The notes under the pieces were generated by a model. The model worked only from the letters and a program-made list of their open reading frames with translations, was not told the origin of the DNA and did no database searches. A stretch of DNA of 64,000 bases from NCBI GenBank assembly GCA_004022145.1, contig RCNU01000005.1; one strand, 5' to 3'. Both the position numbers and the translations under genes were made by a program. Below are positions 1 through 12,066 of the stretch, in pieces (position 1 is the stretch's first letter; the number at the start of each line of letters is the position of its first letter). Origin of the DNA: Paecilomyces variotii. Its lineage: Eukaryota.

Positions 1-425
1 ATATTTCTCTTGCGACAGTGAGACAATGGAACGTCGCGTTCTCGCTCGGGGCCAGACTTCGAACCGAATCGATGACAATATAGAGGCATTCTGCAAGCGT
101 TACGTCCAATTTGAGACGGAGACTATGCCATGTGTCCATTCTATGAGAGGTATTAGTAGACTGGTCGAGGTAAGCATGTCCAAATATGAATCATTGTTGT
201 GCTTAGATATTATATTTTGAGTTCTGGAGTTACTAAACTGGACCATCAGTTCAACTGTAGTGGTGATTTGGACGAAGTTTATGAGGATGTCAAGAACAAG
301 CTTGAGGTATGTCTCCCATTTCTAAAAACTGTCACCGATATCTGGTTTAACGTGTGATGTAGCAACTCATGAATTGGGATGGGGAAGGGGTTTATGACTT
401 TTACTTGATTGTCGTTGCGTCTTAG
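1..425 (+). CDS. 3' part of an adenylate kinase / UMP-CMP kinase family protein (5' end outside the window); proposed introns ~170-249 and ~308-362
   Basis: Frame from position 2 reads YFSCDSETMERRVLARGQTSNRIDDNIEAFCKRYVQFETETMP, matching the LID region (R..R.DDN...KR) of the ADK/URA6 family. GTAAGC..CAG and GTATGT..TAG introns join FNCSGDLDEVYEDVKNKLE and a last exon ending TAG at 423-425. Confidence 0.7.
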
Positions 426-602
426 ATGATGTCGCGTTGTAGATGAAATGAGAGTCAGATTAGATATGATTTTAAAAAAGCAATAGAAATGAGATATTGA
501 GAATTTCCTCTTCTACGCTTTTCACTCGAGCATGCCCTTCACCACATGCCCATAATATCCACAAGAACAACCCCCAACCGCGAACAAAACACCTATCCAC
601 TC

Positions 603-1364
603 TCAAAACTTAATAGGGAACTTTTCAAAATACGCAGACAACTTCCCCTGGAGCATATACTCCTTCTTCATCCCCTCCAATTCTTCTTCACTTTCTGCCT
701 TATCAGGGAAGAAAAACCAGCGATACATCTCCATGAACTCATCAATATCCCTCTGAGCCTGCACTTCCTGTCCCCTATCCACTAACAGCTCCACCTCTCC
801 AACACAGTGTCCGAAAGAGGTACGATCCAACGCAATCTCGAACCGCCCATCAGCGATAGCTAGCACCCGCTTCGTTTCGAAATCCGCAATGGGCCGTAAA
901 CCAAAATAGACATCAGCCCCTGGCGCAGAAGGGATGTAAGTCTTCACTAGATCATGGATAGCTCGTGGACTGGTGAGTTCCTTGAAAGCTGTGCGGAGAT
1001 AATAGTCTTGTTCTTTCTCAGCAGTTGTTACTGATGGCGACGATTCAGTAGTAGAGGCGGCATTCTGACTTTCTCTCTTTTGGTGTTTCTGATGCGGAAG
1101 GATAAGACGCTGTTTGGCCTCCCATAGTTGATTGCGCTGCCTGATCCATATTCCGTTTCTTTCCAGAATACAACGCGTAGGTCCTCCAGCTTTGGCGTTC
1201 GCGTCACTGGTGGACGCGAGAGGAGCGTCGTAGTAGATATCGTGTATTTTCCGTTCTGCTTTGATTTCAAGCTTCGTGAAAGGAGGATTGCCAGATCCCT
1301 TTGTTAAAGATGCAAAGAGAGCAGGATTGTAGATGAACTTGCGCTCGATTTCGATTTTGGACAT
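603..1364 (-). CDS. CYTH-domain protein, thiamine-triphosphatase-like; frame open upstream to an ATG at 1565
   Basis: N-terminal ExExKF signature (MSKIEIERKF), DIYYD, GIWIRQRN..WEAK and FEIALDRTSFGHCVGEVEL, C-terminal GKLSAY; intronless. Confidence 0.85.
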   Translation of the reverse strand: MSKIEIERKFIYNPALFASLTKGSGNPPFTKLEIKAERKIHDIYYDAPLASTSDANAKAGGPTRCILERNGIWIRQRNQLWEAKQRLILPHQKHQKRESQNAASTTESSPSVTTAEKEQDYYLRTAFKELTSPRAIHDLVKTYIPSAPGADVYFGLRPIADFETKRVLAIADGRFEIALDRTSFGHCVGEVELLVDRGQEVQAQRDIDEFMEMYRWFFFPDKAESEEELEGMKKEYMLQGKLSAYFEKFPIKF

Positions 1365-2084
1365 TTTGCTAAATCTCCCAGATTGGCTGTGATGCAGATG
1401 GCTAGTTCCTTGGAACCTTGACGAGAGTCTTCGAATGCATAGGGCGTAGATAGAGTGACTGGTGATCGAGAGCTTTTCATGAGCAGAGATTGGAAATTTT
1501 CTAAACAAAGAAAAATCGCCTAGGTATCTACGCTTCTGTCGGAAAACCCCGTCGCTGGCTGGCATGCGTTACTTACAACCACGATTCCTAGGACTATAAG
1601 TGGTTTTCATATGAACTGCTGGGAATAGACGCTTTATGGTTTCAAATAATAATCTTATTTACAACTAGAATGTTAGGACCTACGAAATCAATGCCGAAAA
1701 TAACTGCTACTGAGGCTATAAACAGCTGCATTTCCACCCATAACTCTCAGCGGCGAGCTGCTGCCTTAAAATGTTCTGCATAGATATTCTGCACCCGCTA
1801 AGCACTCTTTAGTCACCTCTTGGACTGATCTTTTAACTAACTCGCGCTCGACCTCGGTGAGCTTTAGTCTGTTTCAACTCCAGGATAACACCAAAAATGG
1901 CCTCCCTCACAACCAAATTCAGCTGGTTAATCTTAATCTGACATTCTGGAAATAATTTCTGAGAAGATATGGCGCGTTTCGAAAGTTGATAGTATACCTG
2001 TATGACCGTAACAACAAGCAGGAGATCGATATAGTAAGCATGTGCTGGATCGTCCAAAGCATCTCCCCGAAATATCAAGAGAAA

Positions 2085-5000
2085 TCACTCCTCCCTCTCA
2101 AAAAGCTCCAAAATCCCCTGTTTACCATAAGCCATAGCGACGTCCAAAGCACTCAGCCCCTTTTTATTCTCTCGTCTCGCATCGAGTCCCCTCGCTAGAA
2201 GTTCCTGAAAAAGGAAGACGGCATCCTCCTCACTGCGCTCCTCCTCCTCTCTGCTTGCTATTGCATGAAGCAGCGTATCTCCATTGTTGACCGCAAAGAT
2301 GTCATGCGTGTCAAACATCTCCCGGACATCCTCTTCTGCAGGTGGGACGGTATTGATGACTTCACATTCCTCCTTCACCTCTTGCACATACAGGAAGAGA
2401 GGGGTGTTGCCCTCGTTGTCTCGGGCATTACGATCACAGCCGCTGTCAGTAAAGGTCTTATACAACGCTTTGGACTCCGCAAGATAATCAAAATCATCGT
2501 CACACTGGTAGTTGCTCTCGTAAGACCCCGCCGGGCTGAACTGCATCAGCGACGGAGCGAGGATATGCAGTGCATTTTCACCGTTCGGACCTGTGAACAG
2601 CGGATCTGCCCCAGCTGCGAGGAGAGTCTTCGTCAAGCGCACGGAGTCCATGGTCTGCCGGTATTTCACGGCGTAGTACAACGGGGTGAGTCCTGCATTG
2701 TTCGTCGCTGAGACAAGCGCCCCTTTTTCGATAAGCAACGAGAGGGTCTCACAGAGTCCGGATTCAGCGGCCAGATGTAGTGCGCTTGAGCCCTGGGGAC
2801 TGACTGCGTGGATGTTGGCCCCTGCATTGATGAGTTCGATAGGAGTCGACTCGTGCCTTAGAGAGTTCTTTAATCTCTTTGGCGACGCACACGACACGAG
2901 AAGCGGGGTTAGGCCGGCTGCGTTGGTCCTCTCCAAGTCAATACCGGCCTTGAGAAAGGGCGACACGATGCCGTGGTAGTGGCAGATCTCATGGAAGACG
3001 GTGGTGGTGGTGCTCTCGCCGGGAATTTCAAGGAGGGGATCAGCTCCACGTTGAAGAAGGATGGATATTATCGGGGCCCGCTTATCAAGCTCGTCGTCTT
3101 CGTGGTCGTATTCGTATGAGCTCTTCATAGCAGCGGCAAGAAGCGGCGTTTCGACGTGTGGTCCCTCGGTGTGGGCAAAATATCGGCGCTGCCCCTTTGG
3201 CCGGTGACGGAAGGTGTTCGGATCGGCCCCGGCGTCGAGTATGGCCTCGCATGCTCCGATACTCAGGCTCTCGACGGCGGCATGAATGGCTGGGACGTGG
3301 CCGAGGTTGATCTCAGCGCCATGGCGGAGGAGTCGCTCGATCATGGGCCGTCCCCAGCGGTATTTTAGTGCGCGTTGCAATGCCGTCGATCCATCCTCGG
3401 GAGATTGCGCGTTGATGTTGGCCCCATGGGCGAGGATGGTATCCAATGTGTCTTCTTGCCAGGCGCCGTGGAGGACGGAGTTGTCCGCCGTAAGGGCGCA
3501 CTGCAGGACTGTTCGCCCGTGAGAATCGACGGCTTCGAGGTCAGCCCCGGCCTTGCAGAGGGACTGGAGCGCCGTGATGTGCCACCAACGTTCTCCGGCA
3601 GCGAGCATGTGCACTGCGTTATAGCCTGACGCCATCGCTGTCCAGGTACCATTGTCCAGAGGGGCTTGGAAGTAGGCGTTGACGTTGGCGCCGTGGCTCA
3701 TCAAGAGATCAACCATCTGGATATTCGACTGCTCTCGACAGAGGGCCGCATGGAGGAGTGGCGGGTTGATGGAATTCAGGTCTTTGATATAGCGTGCCAT
3801 CAACTTCATGACTGAGATAAGACCCCAGAAAGCAACGTAGTGGACTGGTGTCAGCCCGTCGGGGCCAGGGACAGCTGGATCTACTCCAGCGTCCAGGAGG
3901 GCCGCTACCAGGGTTTCATTTCGCTGCGAGAGGGCCGCATGGAGCACAGTGTAGGGATTGCAGTTGTCGACATCGAGTTGCTCGACGATTTTGTTAGCAT
4001 CAATCCCCCCAAGGGAACACCAACGGAATGGAACGGACGTGTGCTGACCATCACCACTCTCCGGCGAGGGTTCTAAGATAGCAGCTACATCTCCCCGGTC
4101 CAGGTAGACAGCCAGATCATAGGCTGTCCACCCAGATCTATCACGCAGATTTCGATCAGCTCCCGCAGCGAGCAGCAGGCGGACGGAATCCTGAACCATC
4201 TGTACTTCGTCCTCGACAGCAACAGCAGCCCTCACAGCTTCTGGAGCCTTGTGAACAGGACTATCGCGTCTCAGGTCCATCAATCGCTGGAGGCCATCCC
4301 AAGAACGCCCTCTGCCCCCGCCATACGGGAACCCGGCTTTCCTGCGGGCCTGTCTCGCCGCGGAAACGTCGATTTGGTACTCAGTCGCCGTATGGAGTGG
4401 CGTCAGCCCTTGACAGTCCTGTGCGTTGACAAACGGCCCGGCCTGGAGGAGGTAGAAGACGCATTCGGAGCTGCCAGATGCAGCGGCGTAGTGCAATGGA
4501 GATCGACCATTCTCGTCTTGCTGGTTGATATCCCATCCGTTGTCCGTGTACAGCTTGCAGAGCAGTCCCAGGGCACTGGCCTGTCCAGCACTGGCCGAGA
4601 GATGTAGTACATTAAAGCCGTTGTATATGCGAGCCTGAAGGTCTGCACCGGCCTTCGCGAGCTTCAACACATTGACATCTGCTGCTGCTGCTGCGCAATG
4701 AATCGGCATGAATCCTTGATTATCTCGCGCATGGAGGTCAAGACTTAGTCCTGCCTTCTGAAGCCAGTCGAAGCGGTCCGCAAAGGGCTGACCAGGAAGA
4801 GAAGAAATCTTATGCAGAACCGTCCGTCCTTGGTTGTCAGCTGTGTTGGGATTCGCGCCCAGTTCGAGGAGAGCCTCAAGTCGCACCTGCACGGGCCGGA
4901 AGTAGTCGTCTGTTTTGATGGCGTCGTGGAAGGCCGTGTTTCCTTGGTTGTCGACCGCGCCGATATTTGCCCCGGCTTCTATGAGACGAGACCACACGTC

Positions 5001-8000
5001 CACTGCTATTTTGCGATCCTTCTTTCCGTGGTCTATACTGGACAGCAGTACTTGTCCTAGGATGTGTAAACCTAACTTCATCAACGAGCTGCTCTGTAGG
5101 AAATAGAAAAAGTGAAGCAATAGGGAGCCATACAGGTCTTATTCTCAAAGTCAGTCGCCGTCGCAGACGCCCCATGTCGCAACAAGGCAGTGATAAAATG
5201 CTGCTGGCCATTCTCGCAAGCCGCTAACAAGGCCGTTCGCCCTTTCCGATCGCGCGATTCCAGATCCAGGCCCTTCTCAATGAACAGTGGAATAGCCTGC
5301 ACACGCTCGTACCCGTCGTTCCCAAACCGCAGATTGTATATGCACGTCTGGCCTGCGTTGTTGCGAATCGTGGGATCCACGAACTGCAGCCATTCTCGCA
5401 ACGTCGCCAAACCCGGTACCCACGACTTGCAGATCCAATGCAGTGCTGTATTCCCATCTGCGTCTTGCAGGTTCGGATCAGCGCCACAGTCAGTGAACAA
5501 TTTTACGCCCTCGAACTGTTTTTTTGCTGCGCTGATCAGGGGCGTCACGCCGTCCGTCTTCCGCGCGTGGTTGATATTCGCCCCGGCATCGACCAGGAGG
5601 CGCATTGTCGCGCCAGCTTGATGATAGGAGAGGCTGTCGTGCAGGATTGTATTTCCGTCATTGTCAAGAGCCCGGGCATCGGCGCCATGCCGGAGTAGAA
5701 AGGAAGCAAAGCGCGCGCCGGAGCGACCATGCATGCCCCAGTAGAATAACACCGTCTTGCCCTTGTCGTCTCGCGCTTCAATATCACTTCCTGCTTTGAT
5801 CAGCGACTCCCCTACTCGCTCCCACTCGTCCTCGCTGGTCTGGTACCGCTTGTACCACGACGCATTCCCGTTCGCCCACCCCTGGAGCGCCGTCCAACGA
5901 TCTCGGGGGGCTTCAGAAGAACCAGTCCATCTGCTGCCGTTGCTCCCCGATCCCGAGGAGCGAACACGCACATCAGCTCCATATCTAAGCAGGAGGTCGA
6001 CAGTCGGAGCGGAGTCAGCGCACGCTGCAAGATACAGCGCCGTGTTCCCACTGGCATCTTTCACTTGGATATTGGCTCTGATCTCGGGATATTCTAGGAG
6101 AGCGCGCAGGGTATTCGCCTGGCCATTAACAGCAGCCCAATGCGGCAGAACGCGACAGCGCGTGGCTTCGTCCATGTGCTGGAGCAGCAATGTCGCTGCC
6201 TCGGTATTCCCCCATTGACAAGCGTACTCGATTGGCGTCTTACCGGGTTTGGTGTATCCCGACCTATTGCCAGGGCCCTGCGGATATAACGGATCAGTAT
6301 CAGCGTCGAGTAGTCGCTGCAAGACATCAATGTGGCCGCCTTTCGCGGCGTAGTGGATGGGTGCTAAGCCTTCGATGTCGTAGTCCGTGAAGGTGGCTTG
6401 AGAATCGAGGAGCACACCCAGTGTGTCTGCGTTACCATTCATAGCCGCGAGGGCGGCGGGCGAGTAGCAATTCTCATCGCAAACATTTGGGTCTTCGCCT
6501 TTAGCAATGAGATGTGCTGTATAACGCGAGAGGCCAGCGCGCGCAGCCACGTGGATAGGCTTGAAGTCTTCAGGGACGTGCTCAGCCATAGAAGCGAACC
6601 AGAAGTCCAACCAGGCGTTAAAAGTTTCAGGGTCAGTATCAAACAGACGATCGAGTGCCTGCATGAGCTCTAGATCTTCAACATCGCAGCTCGCCGCATG
6701 GTCGAGGAGATTCTGCACGGCATACTGCAGGAAGGGGAACTGGAGCATCACTTCATGATGTGGTTTCTCAAAGCCATTGCCTCCATACTCTCTCCAGTCA
6801 AACTCCCACGAGGTGAAGCAGCCGGAGAGGAGGTAATTGATGATGGATAGCGTCAGGGAGCGATGGGTGGCAGTTGGTGCGAACGCAGGAAACCATGCAT
6901 TGGAGTTGGATTCGTTTGCACTTGGCCGGTGGCCGTCGAGGAGAAATTCTGTGAAGGAGTGGTGGATTACCTGGACGGTCTCATTCTCGAGGATTTCTAG
7001 CAAGGGGCCACAGGCCGTCCGGGCCATCAATTTCGCGTCTTGGTCGTTCTTGAGACCGGCTCGATCGGGTGTAGAGAGGGCGAGTGCCGCGAGCTCAGTT
7101 ACTCGCAGCGGCCGAGTGGAATGCGTAATCCAGGACAGGAGCCATGACTGGAAGGGCAGACCGGCGCTGGACCGCGTAGCGTACTCATGCAGGAGATTTA
7201 CGTACATGTCCTCGAGGGACTCGGGCAATCGCTGGAGATGCCGGTCTACGGGTGTAGTGGATGGTTGCATGAGCTGGTCAAGCATGAGCCGGGAGTAGAG
7301 GAACAGTCCCTGGGCTTTTTGGCAGATAGTCTCTTTAATTCGCACCCGCTGCTCCTCTGTGAAAGGGCTTTGCTCTTGCTGGACGAGCCGCTGATCGATA
7401 TACGTCGCGATATCACTCTCAACAGCGCGCTTCGTCAGCCGAATGAGTCCTAATGAGGGTCCTCTCAGGGCGTCCACCAGGTGCGAGACAGGCCGGCTGG
7501 TTATAATGAGCTTTATCGATTGGGGGCTCATTTGTGCGAGCTCCAGAAGGAGAGTGAGGAAACCGTTCTGTTCAACAGCGAGCTCATCCAAGGCGTCAAA
7601 GACGACATACGCGCGAGGAAGAGTCGCCAGAGCGAAAAGAAAGGCCCGCCAAAGCTCCTGGAAAGGGGTATACTCGATGCTAGAATTCTGCTTCCGCAAG
7701 TCATTCAGTCGCGCTTGGAGAGGGATAATGTGGTCCAGCAGCTGGTACAAGCAGTCCCGGACGAGATTCTGGGGGTGGCTGTTGGACTTGATAATGCGAC
7801 GGGCGAAGAAGAAGACCACGGGCGCCCTCTCTTCCTCTTTCAATTTCTGGATCAACCGGGCTGCGATGACTGATTTACCACTGCCTGGGATGCCCTGGAT
7901 CCAGAGGCCCCCGGGAGTGGTCTCGGTCGAGTCGTGCCATTTCTGGTACGTCTCAGCCTGAACAAGCCAGTCGCCGGTTCCTGGGGCATGGGCATTCAGA

Positions 8001-8226
8001 TGCTTGCGATACTCACTCCCGTCGGAGTCGAACTCAGTGGGCGACAGCCACGACCGAATGGCAGCGATGTCTTTGGGAGTAACTTCATTCTGTTTGCGTG
8101 CCTCCCCGTCGGGACAGGATGCATATCTCTTGCTCAGGCTGGGTGTTAATTAGCTACTGGGCCCAGCTCGGGAAGGTGATACAACTCATTGAGGTTTTCA
8201 ACAATCACAAAATCCTCGTTATTCAT
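2085..8226 (-). CDS. NACHT (STAND NTPase) plus ankyrin-repeat protein, fungal NLR-like, ~2,010 aa; introns ~8139-8182 (boundary uncertain) and 5072-5133
   Basis: The frame upstream of the 7855 ORF reads IRSWLSPTEFDSDGSEYRKHLNAHAPGTGDWL...LWIQGIPGSGKS (Walker A). Walker B YVVFDALDE, LIITSRP, GLFLYSRLML, VIHHSFTEFL follow, then many ankyrin repeats (GNTALYLAA, GRSPLHYAA, GLTPLH). Intron GTATGG..TTAG joins the 924-aa and 1011-aa ORFs in frame (ENKTCLHILG). Confidence 0.88.
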
Positions 8227-8879
8227 TGTCTGCTGGGTTGGTGGAAGAGAGATGGTGTCCTTTGCGAGAAGATTTGGACCCCACGATGTCTCTCCATCCG
8301 AATTTGTATGTAAGCATGACGATCCATCAGGCTGCAATTGTGCCTAGTGCCTGCACAGCCTTTTCAAGTCTTGTTAAACCACCTCATACAACACTTCATT
8401 TGGGGTTGAACGGTAAAGAATATAGGTAGGTAGGTATCTGTGATCCTGGTCGACCTTGGCTGCTTCCCCGAGAAGATAACCGTATTGGACGGCTTAACCT
8501 AAAGAGGAAAAACTAACTATAGGAGGGAATTCAGAGGTCCAGCCCTGGAGGATTTACAGTATATATATTGGAAACGCTGGGCGAGAAAATGAACGACAAC
8601 ATAAGTAAAGAAAAGTTGGACAAGTATGCCACTAGGATGGTCTAGATGTATTAATTTCCAGATTATTATTGAAATGCCGGATTGATCGAACACGCCGAGA
8701 ATCGGGAACGGGAAGATCCACATGGCGTCATCGTCCATCTTCCATAAATCTATTAGTATTGCTTTCACGAAAGGATAAACTGTCGCGAACAAGTCTATCT
8801 TTTAAGCCAATACACAAGCCTTAGACACGCTCAATTGGAAACGCTATTCCCTCATAACACCACATCCAAGACCACAGCC

Positions 8880-9587
8880 ATGGAGAAAAATCACATCTAT
8901 CAATACTCACTCTTGAACGCCCTCATGGATGGCGTCAGCGAGACCGGAATTTCAGTCTCCCAATTCCAACAGAAAGGCAACCAGGGTCTAGGGACGTTTT
9001 CCCGAATGGACGGTGAACTCCTCTTGCTTGACGGAACAGTCTACAAGCTCCGCGCTGGAGGCGACATCACTGTAGCCCCTCCAGACGAGCAGATTCCCTA
9101 CGGGGTGTGCACGAATTTCGTCCCTGATGACACCAAGCAGGTGGTTTTGGCAGACAAGACATCCATAGAAGAAGAGTTGGAAAAGTTCAAACCTCACACG
9201 ACGAATCTTTTCTTGTCGTACCGCATCAAGGGGCACTTCAAGCATATCAAGGCACGGACCGTGAGGGGCCAAGAGTATAAGGGGCAGCCGCTGTCGGAAT
9301 TGAGGGATAATCAGTTCGTTAGAGATTACGAGAATGTTGATGCGACTGTTATTGGGTTCAGATCCCCTAGGTCATGGCAGGGGTTTGCAGTCGCGGGGCA
9401 ACACCTCCATTTCATCAGTGAGGACCATAAGGCTGGAGGACATGTGTTGGAGTTGAGCAGCGATGGGGAAGTCTCCATGAGCGTGGCTGTTGCGTCGAGT
9501 ATACATATCGATTTGCCCAGATCAGACGATTTTAACGAGGCGAAGTTGACGCTGGATGACGCGGGAATTAAGCGGGTGGAAGGTTGA
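8880..9587 (+). CDS. Alpha-acetolactate decarboxylase (AldC/BudA family)
   Basis: IYQYSLLNALMDG, GLGTFSRMDGELLLLDG, GFRSP, and Zn-binding histidines in AGQHLHF..GGHVLE; intronless; ATG at 8880. Confidence 0.92.
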   Translation: MEKNHIYQYSLLNALMDGVSETGISVSQFQQKGNQGLGTFSRMDGELLLLDGTVYKLRAGGDITVAPPDEQIPYGVCTNFVPDDTKQVVLADKTSIEEELEKFKPHTTNLFLSYRIKGHFKHIKARTVRGQEYKGQPLSELRDNQFVRDYENVDATVIGFRSPRSWQGFAVAGQHLHFISEDHKAGGHVLELSSDGEVSMSVAVASSIHIDLPRSDDFNEAKLTLDDAGIKRVEG

Positions 9588-10022
9588 CTTTGCTGTTTTG
9601 ATTGAATTTCCTTCATGAGTTCACGTACAGCATATACTCATATCATCTGCCATTTGAGCGTACTGGGATATTTGTTCACGATGGCTATAGAACTTTCGTC
9701 AATGTATATAAGACAGATCAAAACTTAATCTCAGTGATCTACGCTTCCATTTATTCCCATTAACGTTTCAGTCGACTCATTAAATGCGTATTTATGTACA
9801 GGCTTTGATGGCCACTGATTCGAGAAAGAGCGCATAGCCATTCTCGTGTATTCTATGGGAACAGCGTCCAGGCGCCAATATCGCAATATTCGGAGACGTC
9901 AATGTCCAAAGTACGCGGACAAAATACCTAGCCACTGTAGCTGGAGGATAACTTCAGTAGGTTAACGCCTTTCGCATTGGCCACTTCTCCCAGTCCCACA
10001 GGTTCGAATTTCAAGTGGATGA

Positions 10023-12066
10023 CTACCACTCTGGAACTTCATCTGGTTTCGGTTGCTGGACTCTCACAACCTTGTCACAGTTGAGCAGACACAAAGGATC
10101 GAACGCTTGTTTCATCTGAGTACGTATTGACAATGTTAGCCATAGGAATTAATCTGAGGAGACAGTGGGAATCACATACTCGACGCATAGCATCAACTGT
10201 AGACTCGCCCAGTTCATGAGCAAGGTAATCCCGCTTGATCATTCCAACACCGTGCTCTCCAGTAACAGTACCCTCCATTTCCACAGCACGCTTGACCATG
10301 CGGTGGACAAGGCCTTCTGCGGTTTTCTTTTCATTTTCATTGAAAAGAAGAAAACCTTTATAGTGCTGTTAGAAAATTCTGGTCTGAAAACCCTCTCGCA
10401 GTGTGGATACACTTACTGTGGAAGTTACCATCTCCAACATGCCCGACGATACCTCCTACAAGGCCGCTTTTCCTTATTTCGTCCTTGGTCTCCTCAATGA
10501 TGTCTGCCAAGCGGCTGATGGGAACAGCAACATCGGTAGTCCAGAAATGATCACCAGGATCCTTTCTCATCTCGAAGACGCTCCAAAGAGCTACTTTCCT
10601 TGCGCTCCACAATGCGTTTATCTCCTCACGGTTGCGAGCAAAGTCAAACGTCTTGCTATTAGCCTTCTTCGCCAGTTTCTGCACGATCGAGACCTGTTCT
10701 TTGACTGAATCTGGGGTGCCTGCGAACTTGAAGAATAACGTGGGAGCCTCGTCCCATGTTCGAGCGCTTCCCTTACCCATATTGATGATCTTCATCAAGA
10801 CATCATCCATAAGCTCTACTGCTGCGATGTTCACCCCTTCCTTGACGATCTCGGAGACGCATCCTGCGGCACTGTGAATAGTCGGGAAGGATGCTACCGC
10901 CACACTCTCATCGCTCGGTTTGACGGCCAATTTCAGAGTTGCTTCGGTTACCAGCCCAAGTGTACCCTCGTTGCCAATGAACGCCCTAGTCAGATCGTAC
11001 CCAGCGCTGGATTTGCGAGGTCTCTGTCTGGTCTTGATAATGGTGCCATCAGCGAGGACAATGGTTAATGAGACGACCCAGTCACGCATTGTACCGTAAT
11101 GATAGGCATTGGTTCCTGAGCAGCCTGTGCCAACCATGCCTCCAATCATGGCACCAGGACCAGGATCTGGAGGAAAAAAGAGTCCGTCCTTTGAAAGCTC
11201 GTCGTTCAGCATTTCCCACTGCACTGCAGGCTGCACGACAACGTCCAGGTCATCTTTGTGGAGTTTCAATATCTGATTCATATTCCCAAAATCGATACAC
11301 ACTCCCCCTCTTGTTGGCGCGAAGTGACCTTCCAGACTGGTACCTCCTGCGTATGCAGTCACCGGTAGTAGTCGTTTGTGGCAAACTTTCATTATGCGGG
11401 AGACTTCCTCCGTCGTCGATGGAGAGACCACAACAGCGGCGACCTCGGTCTTTTTGGGAGTATAGGAGGACCAATCTGAAGTGGCATATGTCTCTACTGC
11501 GTCTTTGTCGCTCATGACGTTGTCCTCTCCTACTATCTCCTTAAATTCTGCAATAGCTGCCTTGATGTTCTCCGGGGAAGTATCATGGTGCGGAGGCTGC
11601 ATATCCTTCAACGGTGTTGTAGAACTTGTCAGGGCTGCTGGTTGTTGCTGCTTTCCGGTCCCTATATAATAACCACCTAGAGACGCGAGCGCGACTGCCG
11701 CGCCAAACGCTTGATAAAGTCAGTATGAACCATGCCAGCCAAATTGCAATGGACAGAGAAGCTATCTAGAAGGGCATACTGGTTGCGATCAGGCCATAAT
11801 TGCTGCCTGCAGACGACTGATGGTGCCCTTGATCAGATGTCTCTTGTGCTGGACGTCCTAATCTTAGGTTAGCTGGATTCGACCCGATTGTCATTGAACG
11901 GAACAAACTCACCAGCTTCCGGTCGACGGAGAGCGCTAGACGATGTAAATTGCCTCGAATGCCGAAGATAGCATCGCTCTTGAACTGAGCTGTTGTTCGC
12001 AAGGGTTCGTCTCGAAAAGAGCCCTTGAAGTGAACGACGTCCTGTCGGTGATGCGGACTTCAACAT
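10023..12066 (-). CDS. dld1: Mitochondrial D-lactate dehydrogenase (cytochrome), FAD-linked DLD1 family; introns 11858-11912, 11710-11779, 10356-10416, 10116-10179
   Basis: GGTSLEGH, FPPDPGPGAMIGGMVGTGCSGTNA, RPRKSSAGYDLT, GHVGDGNFH, GEHGVG. Arg/Ser-rich N-terminal presequence followed by a hydrophobic segment (FGAAVALASLGGYYIG). Four GT-AG introns restore the frame. Confidence 0.93.

Noticed and set aside
8030-8050. Apparent frameshift at the start of the NACHT gene
   Set aside because: On re-reading, the frame is continuous (WLSPTEF). The ORF track starts late only because it needs a start codon, and the 5072-5133 break is an intron.
9585-9606. Stop-codon readthrough to a cryptic peroxisomal signal in ALDC (also checked for the LMO-like gene)
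   Set aside because: Contexts are TGA CTT and TAG CGC, not TGA CTA, and the extensions do not end in a PTS1.
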